DNA from: Ylistrum balloti
Lineage: Eukaryota
DNA length: 64,000 nucleotides
Direction of reading: 5' to 3'
NCBI RefSeq assembly: GCF_031769215.1
Contig: NW_026781965.1
Span: forward strand, 1,364,001 to 1,428,000
Shown: piece by piece, positions 49,265 through 62,935 of the stretch
Layout: each line of letters opens with the position of its first letter
How positions within the stretch are numbered: position 1 is the stretch's first letter
The notes under the pieces: model-generated
Told to the model about the DNA's origin: nothing
The model's input: the letters and a program-made list of their open reading frames with translations, nothing else
The model's database searches: none
Translations under genes and position numbers: made by a program

Positions 49265-52200
49265 TCATTGTATTCCTGGAGCGAGGTCCACATTACTAGC
49301 GTCTATGGATACATAACTCTGTATACTAGGAGCATCTGTCATAAGAGGAGATTTTTCATCAGCGAAGTTTTTCATTTCTTTGACACTCTTCTTTGCTAGT
49401 CGTCTGTTTAATTTTCTTTCCTGAAAGATATAATACAATAAAATAATTCATTCCATAGGCTCATTTTACAGTCACAACGTTCACATGTCAGAGCTAAAAC
49501 TTTGGGATTATTCTTTTGACAGTTGCATTCTGACATTTCTTCCATAGTAGCTATAATAGTTCTATTCTTCAAAAGTTTCGATTCTCAATGATACGTGTAT
49601 CAAGTTTGGAAACTCTTCATTATTTTTGTTTATGATATATATGTAAGACAACTGTACCTTTGTGAGGTCGAGAATGTTGAGGACTACAGAACAGAGTGTA
49701 CAGAAAAGACACATGCTCAGTAACAACCAAAACATCTTTTGGTATTTGTGTATTAGGGACTCCTTATTGGGGCTGTAAAGATAAGAAAAAGTAATCCTGA
49801 AGTGATCTCATCGATTAATTCATATATTACATGCATTACATGTTCCTTAATATATAATCAATATTAATATACATCACTTTCATTTCAAGTGATATGATTG
49901 GATTGAATGATACATGACAATATATAATAATAAATAAGATATTTCACGGTAATTGGACTCCTCTGGGGGAAATAACCCCGGGGGAAATCATTCTCCCGAA
50001 CCCCATAATTACCTAGTTTGAACGCAACCTGAAGTTAGAGTGTCATCTGCTGCAACAATAACATGACAAGATTTGACGGATCAACAGACAACGATGTTTC
50101 TAAAATTCTGATGACAACGATGCTGTCAATAAGAAAAAAGCAACTATATGTGCCATGCAATCGTTGATGACTTATATAATCTAATCGGAGAGAGATGTTG
50201 ATGTCGGTAACTGTAGTGACCTACAGTGCAAAAGTCTTATTGGTGGTGGAGTTGTCAATGTCAAGGTGAATTTCTACGAAACGTTGGCAAAAGAAGACAC
50301 GAGTGTTAACAAGCTTGATTATGATGTTCGTGTGCCTCAGAGAGTTTAGGGATTTACACAATTTATCACTGGATGTGTAGTAATAGTAAACTTCATGTGT
50401 TATTGTGCTTTGCACTGGGAAAATAACCCTCCCAAGACAGACGATTTCCCGAGGAAAAACAACCCTTCCCAGGAAGACAATTATGGATGTATCAATCCAT
50501 GGAGAGCCATAATGATATATTATTTACATTTGAAGAACATTTAACTTTTACGCCCACAATTATTGAACAATAGTAGAGACATGTAGATGTAGAAGCACTG
50601 TTAAACGTTCACCACGATACAGATATTTACACTTACTCTTCCGTGAAGCCGAGGAGTTTGCCCGTTACCAGGTTTGTCAAGCCAATACCCATTCCCTGGA
50701 TAAAGGTTGCAATTCCTATAGCAGTACCAATGGCCTTCTTAGGAACGACAATTATTATACATGGCCACAGGCACACCTGCAAGACGGTACATATAGCAAA
50801 ACGCAAGAGTAAAAGTAGTGCTGGTAGACAAAAAGGACACCCGTGGGGATGGGATCCACAATTGTGCACTAGATGTTACGTAAAGTTAATCAGTATTCAA
50901 CCTTGTAGCAATCTTGGACATCAAAATATATTCACAGGCAAATATTTACTAATATATACACATTTCTAAGGGTTAAACAATCATTTTTTAAAACAATCTG
51001 TTTTGTACAGTCCGACTTTTAAAGTATGCATATTTTGTTGCATTGAGTCCCCTCTAAAAACGGATTACTATATATGTTTGGTTTACAATTATTCGTTCTA
51101 AATTTAAAAACAATCTCTGTAATTCTTACCCCGGCGAATGTGTAGGAGATGCCAATCCAGATAGTGAGTACTAGTGGGTGTATTTCTGGACAGTAGGAAA
51201 GTAATGGGAAGATCGGAAGAGTGAATGCAAAGATTGAAGTAAGAACGATTCCGTGGCAGTCTATTGCGCCCTACAACAGAACATTATTACAACAAATGTA
51301 AAACTGAGATGAGATATGACAGATGCTCGAACGCCGATACTTCCCCCCGTTAATCCCTCAGTTTATCTGCCTCTAATATTTCTGTCTTTACCGCTGATTG
51401 ACTTTCAGTGTTTTATTGCTATTGCACATCTTTCTTCTCTTCGGATATATAAGACGCAGGGAGGTAGGACACTGGATAAATAAATTGCATACCGAGGCAA
51501 TATAACTGCGCTTGAACGCAAATTTATCAAACGCAATATTTTCGTATGTAAACATAGTGGTTCATTACCTCGAGCAGAGCAAACTCAGTGAATAGAACTT
51601 TTTTCTTTAATCAACTTTTAAAATGGAAATGTTTAGAGTGAAATAAGACAGTAGTACTAGCTATTTTTTTTTTTTAATTTTTGTTGCAAAATATTCTAAT
51701 CACTTTATGGACAAATGTTGACGATGACGTCAATATTCAGTTCCTTCGCAATATTTTTTTTGTTCAAAAACAGAATGATATTGCGTTAAACGCTATATGA
51801 GGGCTCACGAAATGATATTCAACTGTGTTACCTCGCGTGACATTTTATAAATCAATTATCACTTGTCGGCCATTTATGAATTTAGATTTTAAAAAAAAAC
51901 TAAAATCGGTTCAACAGTATATGACTGTTTTCACTATAACCAGTTTTTGTGTCATTGTTTCGTTTTCGTTAACTTTTCGGGACCAAAGGACGCTTGAACG
52001 GTAAAACTGCAGACTGCATCATCAACTATGTTGAATTAAGAAAAGTTGGAATACTTGCTGCAAGAGTAACACGCGCATCATGTGCAGATTATTTTCTGTC
52101 TACAAGGAATTATTTTAGCTGGCGATCAAAACGGAAATTGAAACGAAATACGAAGTACTAATTTGCATTGAGAAACCATACCATGAATCTTCGGATAACA

Positions 52201-55200
52201 AAATTGTCAACATTGACAGCAATAGGTTATGCACTTCCAAAATCACGTTATTACTATTTGATGTATATGTTTAAATAACAGAAAAAACACTCTGGCGTTC
52301 GTTTCTAAATATAGGTACAATAAGATCAACAAAAAAGTGTTCACTATTATCAATGTTATAAACTTACCAGTATGCTACCAACCAGTGGTGATATGACAAC
52401 TGATGTGTCGTATATAGCTCCATTATAGTAAGAGGAAGTTGTTTTAGAGTATCCGTATCTATCCTGAATATACTTCCTGTAATAATGTGTTATAGTTATA
52501 CTTCAATACAAGGTAAATGTTATACTTCCTGTAACATTGTGTTATAGTTATACTTCAATACAACATAAATGTTATACTTCCTGTAACATTGTGTTATAGT
52601 TATACTTCAATACAACATAAATGTCATACTTCCTGTAACATTGTGTTATAGTTATACTTCAATACAACATAAATGTTATACTTCCTGTAACATTGTGTTA
52701 TAGTTATACTTCAATACAACATAAATGTTATACTTCCTGTAAATATTATACTTCCTGTAACATTGTGTTATAGTTATAAACTTCAATACTTCCTGTAACA
52801 TTGTGTTATAGTTATACTTCAATACAACATAAATGTTATACTTCCTGTAACATTGTGTTATAGTTATACTTCAATACAACATAAATATTATACATCCTGT
52901 AACATTGTGTTATAGTTATACTTCAATACAAGGTAAATATTATACATCCTGTAACATTGTGTTATAGTTATACTTCAATACAACATAAATGTCATACTTC
53001 CTGTAACATTGTGTTAGAGTTATACTTCAATACAGCATAAATATTATACATCCTGTAACATTGTGTTATAGTTATACTTCAATACAAGGTAAATGTTATA
53101 CTTCCTGTAACATTGTGTTATAGTTATACTTCAATACAACATAAATGTCATACTTCCTGTAACATTGTGTTATAGTTATACTTCAATACAACATAAATGT
53201 TATACGTCCTGTAACATTGTGTTATAGTTATACTTCAATACAACATAAATGTTATACTTTCTGTAACATTGTGTTATAGTTATACTTCAATACAACATAA
53301 ATATTATACTTCCTGTAACATTGTGTTATAGTTATACTTCAATACAAGGTAAATATTATACTTTCTGTAACATTGTGTTATAGTTATACTTCAATACAAC
53401 ATAAATGTTATACTTTCTGTAACATTGTGTTATAGTTATACTTCAATACAACATAAATATTATACTTCCTGTAACATTGCGTTATAGTTATACTTCAATA
53501 CAACATAAATGTTATACTTTCTGTAACATTGTGTTATAGTTATACTTCAATACAACATAAATGTTATACTTTCTGTAACATTGTGTTATAGTTATACTTC
53601 AATACAACATAAATGTTATACTTTCTGTAACATTGTGTTATAGTTATACTTCAATACAACATAAATGTTATACTTTCTGTAACATTGTGTTATAGTTATA
53701 CTTCAATACAACATAAATGTTATACGTCCTGTAACATTGTGTTATAGTTATACTTCAATACAAGGTAAATGTTATACTTCCTGTAACATTGTGTTAGAGT
53801 TATACTTCAATACAACATAAATGTTATACGTTCTGTAACATTGTGTTATAGTTATACTTCAATACAGCATAATTGTTATACTTCCTGTAACTTTTTAATA
53901 TCTCATAAAATATATGTTCTGCACTTAGCAAATTGATAATATATTTAATCGGTTATTTTTTAATACTTACGTTCCGTTTGAAACGAAAGGTAAATAACTG
54001 GCATAGTAGGACATGATCATCAGACAAATCATCCAGTAAATAGCAGGAAATTCTCTGATATCCTTACGGGACTATATGGGGAAGACAAAACAGTAAATGT
54101 ATACACTAAAAATCACTGGTTAACCGATTAACACACGTATTAAATGTTCATTCAACGTTTTGAAAATCATCATTTTTCACATCATCTATGCAACGATTAG
54201 AATCGGTGGTTTGCGATTGAAATGTATTAATATTAGAAATGAAAACTGCAACTTACCACTGGCAGGGCTTTCATATTTATTTTACAGTCATCATCCAGCT
54301 GCAGAGTACCGTAATAGTCTACTATAGCGAGGCTGATAGCGGATAAAACTCCTATCACACAGGCTACAGTTCCTTTTAAAATTCAAATATTTAAAGCTTA
54401 GCGGCTGAAAAATCTGTTTTAAACATTTTTTCCTACACATTTCCCCTATTTTATTATATCTATAAGTCAAACAGCTATTGACAACGTCCTTTGACTACCG
54501 CTTTTGATTAATTAATTCAATTCAAGTATTACAAAGATATAATATGGCACTCTTTATTCATTTCAGGGGGTGGGGGTGGAAATGAGGCTTGGTAGTGACG
54601 AGGGTTATACATATAAAGACAAAACGTAGATGGTTGACTTGAATAACTCACCCATCCAAAATGCCCATTGGATTCCATAATGTTTTGCGATGTTAGCAGT
54701 AAGAAGAAAATTTGAAACGTTTCCCACACGTAATGCGAATATCACAAATCCATAAACAAAAGAGATTCTGTCCTTGAACCAAAACGCGACGACGCGATCT
54801 TGAACAACTACAAAAAAATAAGAAAAGAAAACTTAACGTTTGATCAAGTACATGCTACTCTGTGGTGTTAAATAGTGATGTCGTCTTGTTTGATTGAATT
54901 ACATAAGTGATGAGCATAACGATCAATAGAAAAGGTGTCGATAAAACATGAAGGCAAACATACTGAGTGACGACCCAGTTCCCGCTCCTATTAGTACACG
55001 CCCACATATCATCAAAGGAAACATGGCGGTCGTCCCCTGTATCCCATCCATAGTGGCAACAGCAAACAGGATGGTACCGAAAGTAGCCATCGTTGTTACC
55101 ATGATCGCAGATACTGAACAGACAATATTTGGGGCGAAAGTAAGTATACATTGTAGTTAAGAATGGCATATTTACAAAATAATAATGAAACCCAAACATA

Positions 55201-57650
55201 TTTTGGAACAATAGGACAATTCATCATGCTGTTTGGTTCACATTCATAAGAATATTCAAATAAGTGGCAGAAATCATTGGTGATAATTTATCCCGAAGAC
55301 ACACCGAAAATGTTCCAAAGAAATGCCATGTCATAATATATATACATCCGTATCAGCTTTCCTTTGGAGATGAATATTCCCTCGAACTACTGAGGGCGCC
55401 AAATAATAAACATACGTCCTTTATAGAAAAAAAGTCGATAAAATGTTATATTTGCCTGTGTGTTCATTGTACCTACACTAGAAGTGAATGTTCCATGCAA
55501 CTTTAATTAACAAAAATAGTTTTACCTCGATTTCCGATTCTGTCGATGAGATATCCTCCTGGTAAGGCAAAGAGTGCGTTCCTGTTTTAAATACAATTCA
55601 ACATCATTCAATATAACATAAACTGTTACGTATATAGTATAAATAATCAGATATAACATAAACTGTTACCGTATATAGTATAAATAATCAGATATAACAT
55701 AAACTGTTACCGTATATAGTATAAATAATCAGATATAACATAAACTGTTACCGTATATAGTATAAATTATCAGATATAACATAAACTGTTACGTATATAG
55801 TATAAATAATCAGATATAACATAAACTGTTACCGTATATAGTATAAATATCAAATTCTCTCTAATGACATGATCCCAAAGAAAAATAGCATTTTTGTATT
55901 TATTTGTTTATATTGATACAGTTTAATTCATTAATTGACTTTATCTATCTTACAATCCTTTTAAACATTTTGTTAGCATTAAGATGTTGTTGGGTGTGAG
56001 CACCAATATTTGTTCTATGACTCAGATATACTTACATCCAGGAGAAAGCGGTGTACAACTGGTTGTACCTATCGGGGCCCAGTCCAAGACACCCATCACA
56101 ACACGTGGCATTCGTTATATTTGCGCAGGTTCCAGTCTGAAGATGACATATTTAATCACATCTTGTTATATTTTAAACTGTATGCCAACATGAAACAAAA
56201 ATGTTAATGTTGGAATAAAAACAATCCTGGAATCATATAATAACGAAGAGTTTATCTAGAATACAGCTACAACTATTTCACTTAAGTTGGTGCTGCATAT
56301 TCAATCGTGTACTTTGTACATGTGTATTTTGTGGATTTATCTTAAAAAGCCTAGATACCAATAAAAGTATTTAAAATAATACACAAAATAAACCACTAAA
56401 TAAAACAAAACATCTCCCAAAAATAGATAAATACAAAGAAGAACAAAACAAAACAAAACAAACAAATAAATTAACTCAAAAATACAATATATATTATTTT
56501 TCTGTTTGTTTATTTCTGCGTAAACGTGCAGAATAGACATTCATATTACTATGTCTCTCGACTTTTCATGTTCCTTGTCACACATGGTTTTATTTGGGAG
56601 ATTTGCATTGTAAATATCTAATTGTTATATATAGATAATTTTCATTGCTGTATTCTTTATTGAAGACATACAAGTACATATGTGTCATTGTATTCTACAC
56701 ATCCAGTTAAACTGTTATTTTACATTTTATTTTACAATATTTACTATATTTGTAGCAGGAGAGGCACTTTTATAGGAGGAAACTACAAAGAAGAAGTGTG
56801 GTAAGTGACTGACCTACTGTAAAAGGCGATCATTTAAGAGGTTTGAACGAATATGATTGTTTACATGCTTATAATAATTCTAAAAGAGATGAATGCTCTT
56901 TGGTGTACGGTTTGATCTGTGTCCAAGATGACTACAATAGAATGATTGTGTTACTCACGTCTTGACCCTGTATATCTGCCTGAACGGCGCTGATGATGTC
57001 GATGTTGAAGTAACACCCGAACGTCATAGAGCAGTCGAACACGAGGATCAGATATCGCCATTTCCCTATAGAATTACACAAAGGCCAATATGATATACTT
57101 ACGTTAAACAACTCGGTTGTTCTGTGATATTACGTATGCATAACCAATTGAGCATAATTGAAAAAACCACAAGAAATAATAAAACAACATTTTGGGAAGG
57201 CTGCTTTTACAAAAATGGGTATTATTAATATTTTTAATGTAATTAAATACCGCACAAGCATATTCCTTGTGTGTATATATAGTATTGAAAAATCTGTAGC
57301 AAGTAATGATTAGTTGCCGCATAAGCTGAACGGAAAAAACTAGAAACAACCCATAAAAAGGTCACATCTCTACAAAGTCTAGGCAGACCAATAAAAGATA
57401 CAGACAACGATTTGATACATTTAAAAACACCTAGAGCAAACAGTAATATTATAGTATTCACAGCGTTAGATATATCCAAATCATCTATAAACAATAACGC
57501 ATGTTACGTAGTTTATATATGAAAGACTAAGATCAACCTCACAACATCGTTACAAAATCATTTTAGTTAACTCGCCGCGAAGTCAACTGACATCCCCATA
57601 TAAAAAACAAAAACAAGATATTACCAATACTTACAATCTTCGACTTTCAT
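49265..57650 (-). CDS. MFSD1: MFSD1-like major facilitator superfamily transporter, paralogue B (487 aa, complete)
   Basis: 13 exons in the same phases as paralogue A: 57635-57650, 56959-57065, 56036-56136, 55526-55581, 54964-55113, 54652-54807, 54257-54372, 53971-54071, 52368-52476, 51130-51270, 50637-50776, 49658-49772, 49265-49420. Ten of the 13 exons have the same length as in A. Confidence 0.85.
52469..53892. repeat. 52-bp satellite array, about 27 units, starting inside exon 9 of MFSD1-like B
   Basis: Unit tatacttcctgtaacattgtgttatagttatacttcaatacaacataaatgt at 52469, 52521, 52573 and onward. Confidence 0.97.
55613..55848. repeat. 41-bp tandem repeat, about 6 copies
   Basis: Unit atataacataaactgttaccgtatatagtataaataatcag. 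Confidence 0.92.
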
Positions 57651-58387
57651 TGCGGTCTACAAGAACACTACCAGGCACTGAAGACATTATCCTTGAAAAA
57701 AAAATATATATGTTTCTTTACAAAACGGAAAACGGGAACCAATATCCTTTACATTCTTTGTCACACACTTTATATGTCATAGGAATTTTCATTTTATATG
57801 CAAATCGTACTAAAATGCCGGTGGTGATTTTTGTTTCTCAGGAAGCAGAGAAATTGACCGGACTGTGCAGACATATTCGTTGACACGACACTTTACCCTA
57901 ATTTTTCTGTGGATGGCATGCGACTGGCCTCACGATTATTGTTCAGTGAGATAGCCAGCAGCTGCTACAAGGAGATCCGCCTCAAAATGGCACCGGTTGT
58001 TCACAGGGCATTGAACTAACGAAGAAACAAGTTAGAGATATCAAAGATAGTACAAAGGATACACGTTGAATAATAACTTTAAATAATAACTTTTTATTTT
58101 TATGGCGTTGAAAGATACAGGATGATGGACACTGGTCTTCATAATAATCCCATTGGGAATTTCCTTGTGTGATAATGTCTCCTGATTCCGTTCTTATTTA
58201 CCTTGCTCTCATTTGGGAACATGGTATTAGTTACAAGTTCAAGATTGACATGACGGGTGTCGGTGATGAGACAGAATATATTTATTTCTAGAACACCAAC
58301 TTCTTTCCCTTGTATTTTTTCAGGAGTTTCCTTATACATGTTTCATTTGTTATACTCAGGAAGGGCGTGGTCTGTGTTGAAATTGAG

Positions 58388-58524
58388 GTATCCTTGGGCA
58401 AAGACATTTTACCCTTATTGCTAAAGATGGCATGTAACGGGTTTCCTGTATGTTTTTCAGCGAGGTAGCCACTAGCTACTACAAAGATCGTAGCTGTTCA
58501 TTGGGCGATAAACCCAACAATAAA
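58388..58524 (+). mobile_element. SINE 3' fragment
   Basis: gtatccttgggcaaagacattttaccct resembles a conserved SINE core; the fragment ends in gggcgataaacccaacaataaa. Confidence 0.5.
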
Positions 58525-58932
58525 ACTACTTGTACTTTCCCTAGTTTCATCAAATTTTAATTTGGGCTTTAATTTAGATTCTGTAACATGTCAGTTTTTT
58601 TCTATATAACTTTACACAAGATATAAGCGCATATATAGATTGTTTCTCCAAAACTCTCCAGGCTAGTTTTAATCTTTCTCCTTCTCAGTAATAAAGCGCA
58701 ATATCAACTACAACAGTTATGCATGTATATTGTATGATAAATTAGAGTAAATAATCTGATAATATTCGATGCTTATGTATTTATATGCTAAAAATGGAGA
58801 CAGCAACTGAACTTGAAGCGATACCAAAAGGGGGGAAATTTCAGGAACATGTGAGACATTTAAACAAAATAAAAGGGGGAAAACGAGAAAAAAAATAAAA
58901 ATACAAACAAAACGTATATGATGATAATTAGG

Positions 58933-58964
58933 AGGAGGAGGAGGAGGAGGAGGAGGAGGAGGAA
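58933..58964. repeat. (GGA)n microsatellite
   Basis: About 11 units; source of the poly-P ORF. Confidence 0.95.
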
Positions 58965-59982
58965 TGTAGTGAAATTCGAAAATAGTGGCATAGATTGTTG
59001 CTAGTAGGTTTTTCAAACAGTTTTTCACTGCTCAATGTATTGATAAAGCTCGCTTCGAAATCTTCCTTGCAGAATCTCGATTTGAAATTTCACAAGAGTG
59101 AAAGTTTAAATTTAAACTCATGTATATTATGTACATTACTGAAGTAGGGTCACATTTAATAAATTTTGCGTTCAAGGTAAATGTTTTTCACGAGAGTTTA
59201 TTGAAAATATCTTAGAATTATTTGCTTAAAACAAGAAATAAAAAATTGAAATAGAATAGAAATTTAAAAAATGGTTTGAATATAAGTGGTAATTTAAAGG
59301 TAGTTGGTGTCGTCAGAATAAGACACATTGTCTTAATCATTAGAATATAAACAAACATAGCACTATGAACAAATGTCTCACTTGTCAGTAATATAAACAG
59401 ATCAGACCAAGTAAAATATTTTTGATGTCAAACATTTCTCTCGGCACTTTCATAGGAAGATGGCGGTCGCCAGGCCATCAAAAGTGAATGAAACGTTAGT
59501 TCAGTTGTGTCTGATTGTCTGATTCTACTTCTCCATAAATTAGGAAAGATATTTTCAACAATCAAGAAAGTCACATTTATATTGGCTGCCACTATAACAA
59601 ATCTCTCTGGAGTTGTCCGTTTAAACCTGCCAAAAAATAGACTCTCGCGAAATTCGGGGAAACAGTAGGTTTACAATGACAAATCTAGAGAGAATCGATC
59701 TAGTGGCGTCGATTGCAATTATGCTTGAATGTAAAGATGTTGGTGAAATTAAGTTATGTGAAAAAATATCTTAGCTTTCCATCGACGTATCGTTCTTAAC
59801 TATGGTTCTGTTGTAAACTATATAAAACATTACCTGACTGTCAATCTATACACTTCGTGTTTTATATATTCTGTCAATCGTGGATCGATATTCATAATCT
59901 GGAGGCCTAATCACGTTCTGTTTAAATTATTAAAACGGATTATCATCTCTAAATAAAGATACAATTAAGCCAGATTATACTT

Positions 59983-60425
59983 CATCATACAGCTATTTCG
60001 CCCTTTTAGAACTTGTCAGCGATGCTACATCATACAGCTATTTCGCCCTTCTAGACCTCGTCAGTGTTGCTACATCAGATAGCTATTTCGTCTCTCTAAA
60101 ACTCGTCAGTGATTCTACATCATGCAGCTACTTCGTCCTTCTAGAACTCGACAGTGTTGCTACATTATACGGTTATTTCATCTCTCTAGAACTCGTCTGT
60201 GATGCTAAATCATGCAGCTATTTCTTCCTTCTAGAATTCGTCAGTGTTGCTACATCAAGCAGCTGTTTTTTTCCTCTAGAACTCGTCTGTGATATCATAT
60301 CATGCAGCTATTTCGTCCTTCTAGTACTCGTTAGTGTTGTTTCATCACGTAGCTGTTTCTTTGCTCTAGAACATTTGTACATTTGTGCATCATGCAGCTC
60401 TTATGTCCCTCTAGAACTCGTCAAT
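59983..60425. repeat. 45-bp degenerate tandem repeat, about 10 copies
   Basis: Consensus catcatgcagctatttcgtccttctagaactcgtcagtgttgcta. Confidence 0.9.
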
Positions 60426-62103
60426 GTTTCTATTGTCATAACTTGATAAAACTTAGGAGGCGACCGAATTTGATCAAATAAATTGATCGAAATACATGTT
60501 AAAAAGCAGATGGGAAGGTAACTTTCAATACTGAATGATTTCAAAACAACGTCAAATAGACGTGTGAACCCACTCTACTTACCATTACTGTGAAGACAAC
60601 TCCGTTAGAGATTTCAAGCATCTTCACTGAAAGTATACACATTATTTGTTTGCATTTCGTAGATGATTAACATGTATACTATCAGGCAGACAATAGCAGG
60701 ATGTAGATCACATGCTTGATAAATAGCTATCTGCTGAACGACGTCTATCATGTAGATATGTCCACTCATCATATCGAGCCCAGACATGGCCGGACCACGG
60801 TTATCTACTCATATACACAAAGGCCTTACTAGACACAACATTTGCAATAACAACAAGAAAATACGAAGAAAACAAATTTTACACGGACACCCTGAAAGTT
60901 ATTATGAGAGTATGACCACGTGCTCGGGAAGAGTAAGCGTCTTCTGCTTCACCGGTGACACCAGCAATGAAAGTCTTGGTAAATCCAAGTAACCAACGAT
61001 AAGTTGTCAAATGAGAAACATATTTTTGATAAAGTCAACAAACAGTTAAGGAACGTCAAATAAATATAATTCATAAAGTACAAGGATATACTTCCTATTG
61101 ATATCGTCAAGGCAACCATTAAACTAACTCCATTCTTCACTAATTTGCATCACTCGAAAACCTGGGAATTAAGTTTATCTAACAACTGTCGACATCTTTC
61201 CCGAAAATCGTTATATTTGGGACATTACCTTGAATATTTATCAACTACGACATGTAAACATCGCATATTTTCCCCGGAGACAACCTCATTTATCTGCATG
61301 GTCCTCATATCGAATTCGTGATCGCTTTCTCAAAGTGGCAGAAACAAAAGTTAAAAAAACGATAATTGAATCTAATTAACAGTTGTTTAATTCAATTTTA
61401 CTGTTAAGATAATTCATATCTTAATACATATCTCGATTCGGAAACAAACCATATCTGCCTTTCAATCAATATGCTTATACATAGATTAGATAGAGTTAAC
61501 TCGGTGACGTGGACTTCAGCCATGTACTCATTGATGAATGCATTGCAGACATGTAAAAGGTCACAGCTTTATCGCCTCGTAGGTAATATTATACTAGAGT
61601 CAGCTTCACAATGATACAAAGCTTACTTAGTGTTGTGGTTACTATACATCTGAATTAGACTACATTGCGTATGTATTTATAGTGTAGAGAAAAATCACAG
61701 TACATTTGTACCCTTTTTCAAGTTGTTGATGACTAGGTAGCTCCTTCCAGTGTCAGGTTGTACAGCTTATGCAAAAATATGGGCATTTGAATCAAACTTG
61801 GAAAACTTTCAAACTTATGTTGATGTGTATCAAATTATGGCACATGCTGATAGAATTTATATTTCAGTAAAAGTTTACATCACACACTATCGTTTGGTTC
61901 TATGAAAATTGAATCGACACAAAGGTAAAATGTGGAAAACAATAATTTACAATCTAGAAAAACCAAATTGTTATAGGATGCAGTTTAAGTCATTATTTTT
62001 CTCTACTGTGTCTAGTTTTAACTTTTTATCGAAATGAACTATTTACATCTGCCTTTTGTACAATGTTGTTGTAGTAACACAGCTAACATGAATTGAAGCA
62101 GGC

Positions 62104-62935
62104 AAAAACAGTGGGGTGTTGATGCAGACGATTCCATAATAAAGAGGATCAATGAGAGGGGTTGGGTTGTTGAGGCACATGATTCCATGATGATGAGGTT
62201 CAATGAGAGGGGTTGGGTTGTTGAGGCACATGATTCCATGATGATGAGGTTCAATGAGAGGGGTTGGGTTGTTGAGGCACATGATTCCATGATGATGAGG
62301 TTCAATGAGAGGGGTTGGGTTGTTGAGGCACATGATTTCATGATGAAGAGGTTCAATGAGAGGGGTTGGGTTGTTGAGGCACAGTTTCATGATGAAGAGG
62401 TTCAATGAGAGGGGTTGAGGTTTGATGAGTGGATTAGGGATGTTGAGGCAGATGATTTCATAATGAAGAGGATCAATGAGAGGGGTTTGGGTTGTTGAGG
62501 CAGAATAATTCATGTTGAAGAGGTTCGCTGAGAGGGGTTGGTGTGTTAAGGCAGATGATTTCATGATGCAGAGGTTCGATGAGAGGGGTTGGGGTGTTGA
62601 GGCAGATGAATTCATGTTGAAGAGGTTCAATAAGAGGGGTTGGGATGTTGAGTTACATGATGATGAGGATGTTGAAGGGTTGTTGAGGCAGTTGATTCCA
62701 TGATGATGAGGTTTGATGAGGATGTTGAAGGTGGGTTGAGGTAGACGACTCCATGATGAAGATGTTTGATGAGGATGTTGAAGGGGTGTTAATGCAGACG
62801 ATTTCATGATGATGAGGTTTGATGAGGATGTTGAAGGTGGGTTGAGGTAGACGACTCCATGATGAAGATGTTTGATGAGGATGTTGAAGGGGTGTTGAGG
62901 CACACGATTTTATGATGATGAGGTTTGACTTGGTC
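62104..62935. repeat. Compound tandem repeat (51-bp units grading into shorter gatgagg/ttgaagg units)
   Basis: gatgaggttcaatgagaggggttgggttgttgaggcacatgattccatgat has four or five near-perfect copies plus diverged flanking units. It explains all ORFs at 62039-62937. Confidence 0.9.

Noticed and set aside
49950-50490. gggaaaataaccc-type motifs flanking a GC-richer block in an MFSD1-like B intron
   Set aside because: Probably a decayed transposon, but no clear TIR, TSD or coding remnant supports a call.
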